Positions 62,901 to 64,000 of a stretch of DNA of 64,000 nt are shown piece by piece. Below the pieces are notes generated by a model. It saw only the letters and a list, made by a program, of their open reading frames with translations. It did no database searches and was not told the origin of the DNA. This DNA is from Macrostomum lignano (Eukaryota): the NCBI GenBank assembly GCA_002269645.1, contig NIVC01000341.1, positions 124,001 to 188,000 on the forward strand, written 5' to 3'. Every line of letters starts with the position of its first letter. The first letter of the stretch is position 1. The translations under genes and the position numbers were made by a program.

Positions 62901-64000
62901 TCGGCTGCGCCTATTTTGCGCTGTTCTGGCAGCAGTATCGCCAGATGAAGGAGGGCCAACCGGATAAAAATGAGCAGAAAGATTTGAAGAAATGCGTTGA
63001 GCTGTTTTTTCAGGTACTGCCTTTTTGTTTTTATAGATTGTTTAAGAATTCCGAATTTAGGTTACATCTAGTATTACTGATTCTTAGTCAGAAGTAGTAT
63101 GCATAAATATTTTGTAGCATGCTTCAATCTACAACTTTGTATAACTAACAATTGGGTATCTGCAGTTCAACTCTACCTGATATCTACAGATAGATCAAGA
63201 ATATCTACAGATAGATCAAGAATATCTACAGATAGATCAAGAATATCTACAGACAGATAAAAATATCTACAGACGACAAAAATATCTACAGATAGATCGA
63301 TAATATCTACAGATAGATCAAGAATATCTACAGATAGATCGATAATATCTACAGATAGATCAAGAATATCTACAGATAGATCAAGAATATCTACAGATAG
63401 ATCTATAATATCTACAGATAGATCGATAATATCTACAGTTAATCAGAAATAACTACAGATAGATCAATAATATCTACAGATAAATCTGAAATATCTACCG
63501 TTAGATCTAAAGTATCCACAGTCAGATCCGGAAACCCGACAGATAGATCTGAAATATCTACAAATAGATCTGGAATATCTACATATACATCCCGAATGTC
63601 TACAGGGTAAATCTAGAATATCTACAAGTGGATATATTGTACTATAGCCTAGATCTGTACATAGTCTCATGCCAACCCCTCACCCACCTGCAATCAAAGG
63701 TGACCACCGCTTACCTGTCGCACGACGAGAAGTCGATAGCAACGGAAGCTTATGTATCAATCTGCGACTTACTAGTGGTGTTTAGCAGGCACAACGAACC
63801 GGCCGTGGCCGGCCAAGCAGGGGATCGACAGCAGCCGGCGGGTGTCGTCTCGTTCGTCGCCGACGCCGGCCTTCAATCCGGTCTGGTGCACTTCATGCAG
63901 CGTCGGGTGTTTGTCGAAGACGACCCCGACACTGACGAGGACGCCAAAATTGAAGAGCTGCACAATCGGCGCACGCACCTGGCCTGTTTTGCTAAATTAG
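59982..64000 (+). CDS. STAG: Cohesin subunit SA (STAG1/2, Scc3), 5' part; runs off the window; apparent 1-nt deletion at ~60904
   Basis: Exons 59982-61549, 62369-63013, 63700-64000+. STAG domain ([23 protein letters not shown]), SCD ([34 protein letters not shown]), [18 protein letters not shown]. Confidence 0.95.
61590..62180. repeat. Intronic minisatellite, 40-bp unit (gggattctagggaatattttacaattagggtgtcaaaata)
   Basis: Tandem copies in the STAG intron 61550-62368. Confidence 0.95.
63178..63620. repeat. Intronic minisatellite, 21-bp unit (atatctacagatagatcaaga)
   Basis: Tandem copies in the STAG intron 63014-63699. Confidence 0.93.

Overview
Eukaryotic, intron-rich, satellite-dense genomic window from an invertebrate. 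Short introns, GC-rich Q/A-rich exons and the GPCR types suggest a free-living flatworm such as Macrostomum; this is inference only. No prokaryotic features and no CRISPR array. Genes rebuilt by hand from splice sites and reading phase: a 6-exon divergent class A GPCR missed by the ORF track (minus, 3.0-7.3 kb), CTU2 (minus, 10.2-13.9 kb), two tandem paralogous 2-exon GPCRs (28.9-30.6 and 40.0-41.7 kb), a complete 5-exon IRF with DBD and IAD (48.8-53.3 kb), and the 5' part of cohesin subunit STAG/SA (60.0 kb to window end). Mobile DNA: an intron-containing Crypton tyrosine recombinase plus two relatives, a decayed Ty3/gypsy pol, three RTE-like LINE fragments, tRNA-derived SINEs and several MITE/foldback elements. 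Most long ORFs in the track are satellite artefacts. Best leads: (1) a 28S-rDNA-derived module (R2/I-PpoI target site, altered at the cut site) present twice inside different inverted-repeat-bounded elements; (2) CTU2 has no genomic start codon and fits a flatworm spliced-leader-supplied AUG; (3) the Crypton family; (4) the GPCR pair, whose intron is more conserved than its extracellular loops; (5) the IRF with an upstream ISRE. Single-G deletions in CTU2 and STAG are most likely assembly errors.
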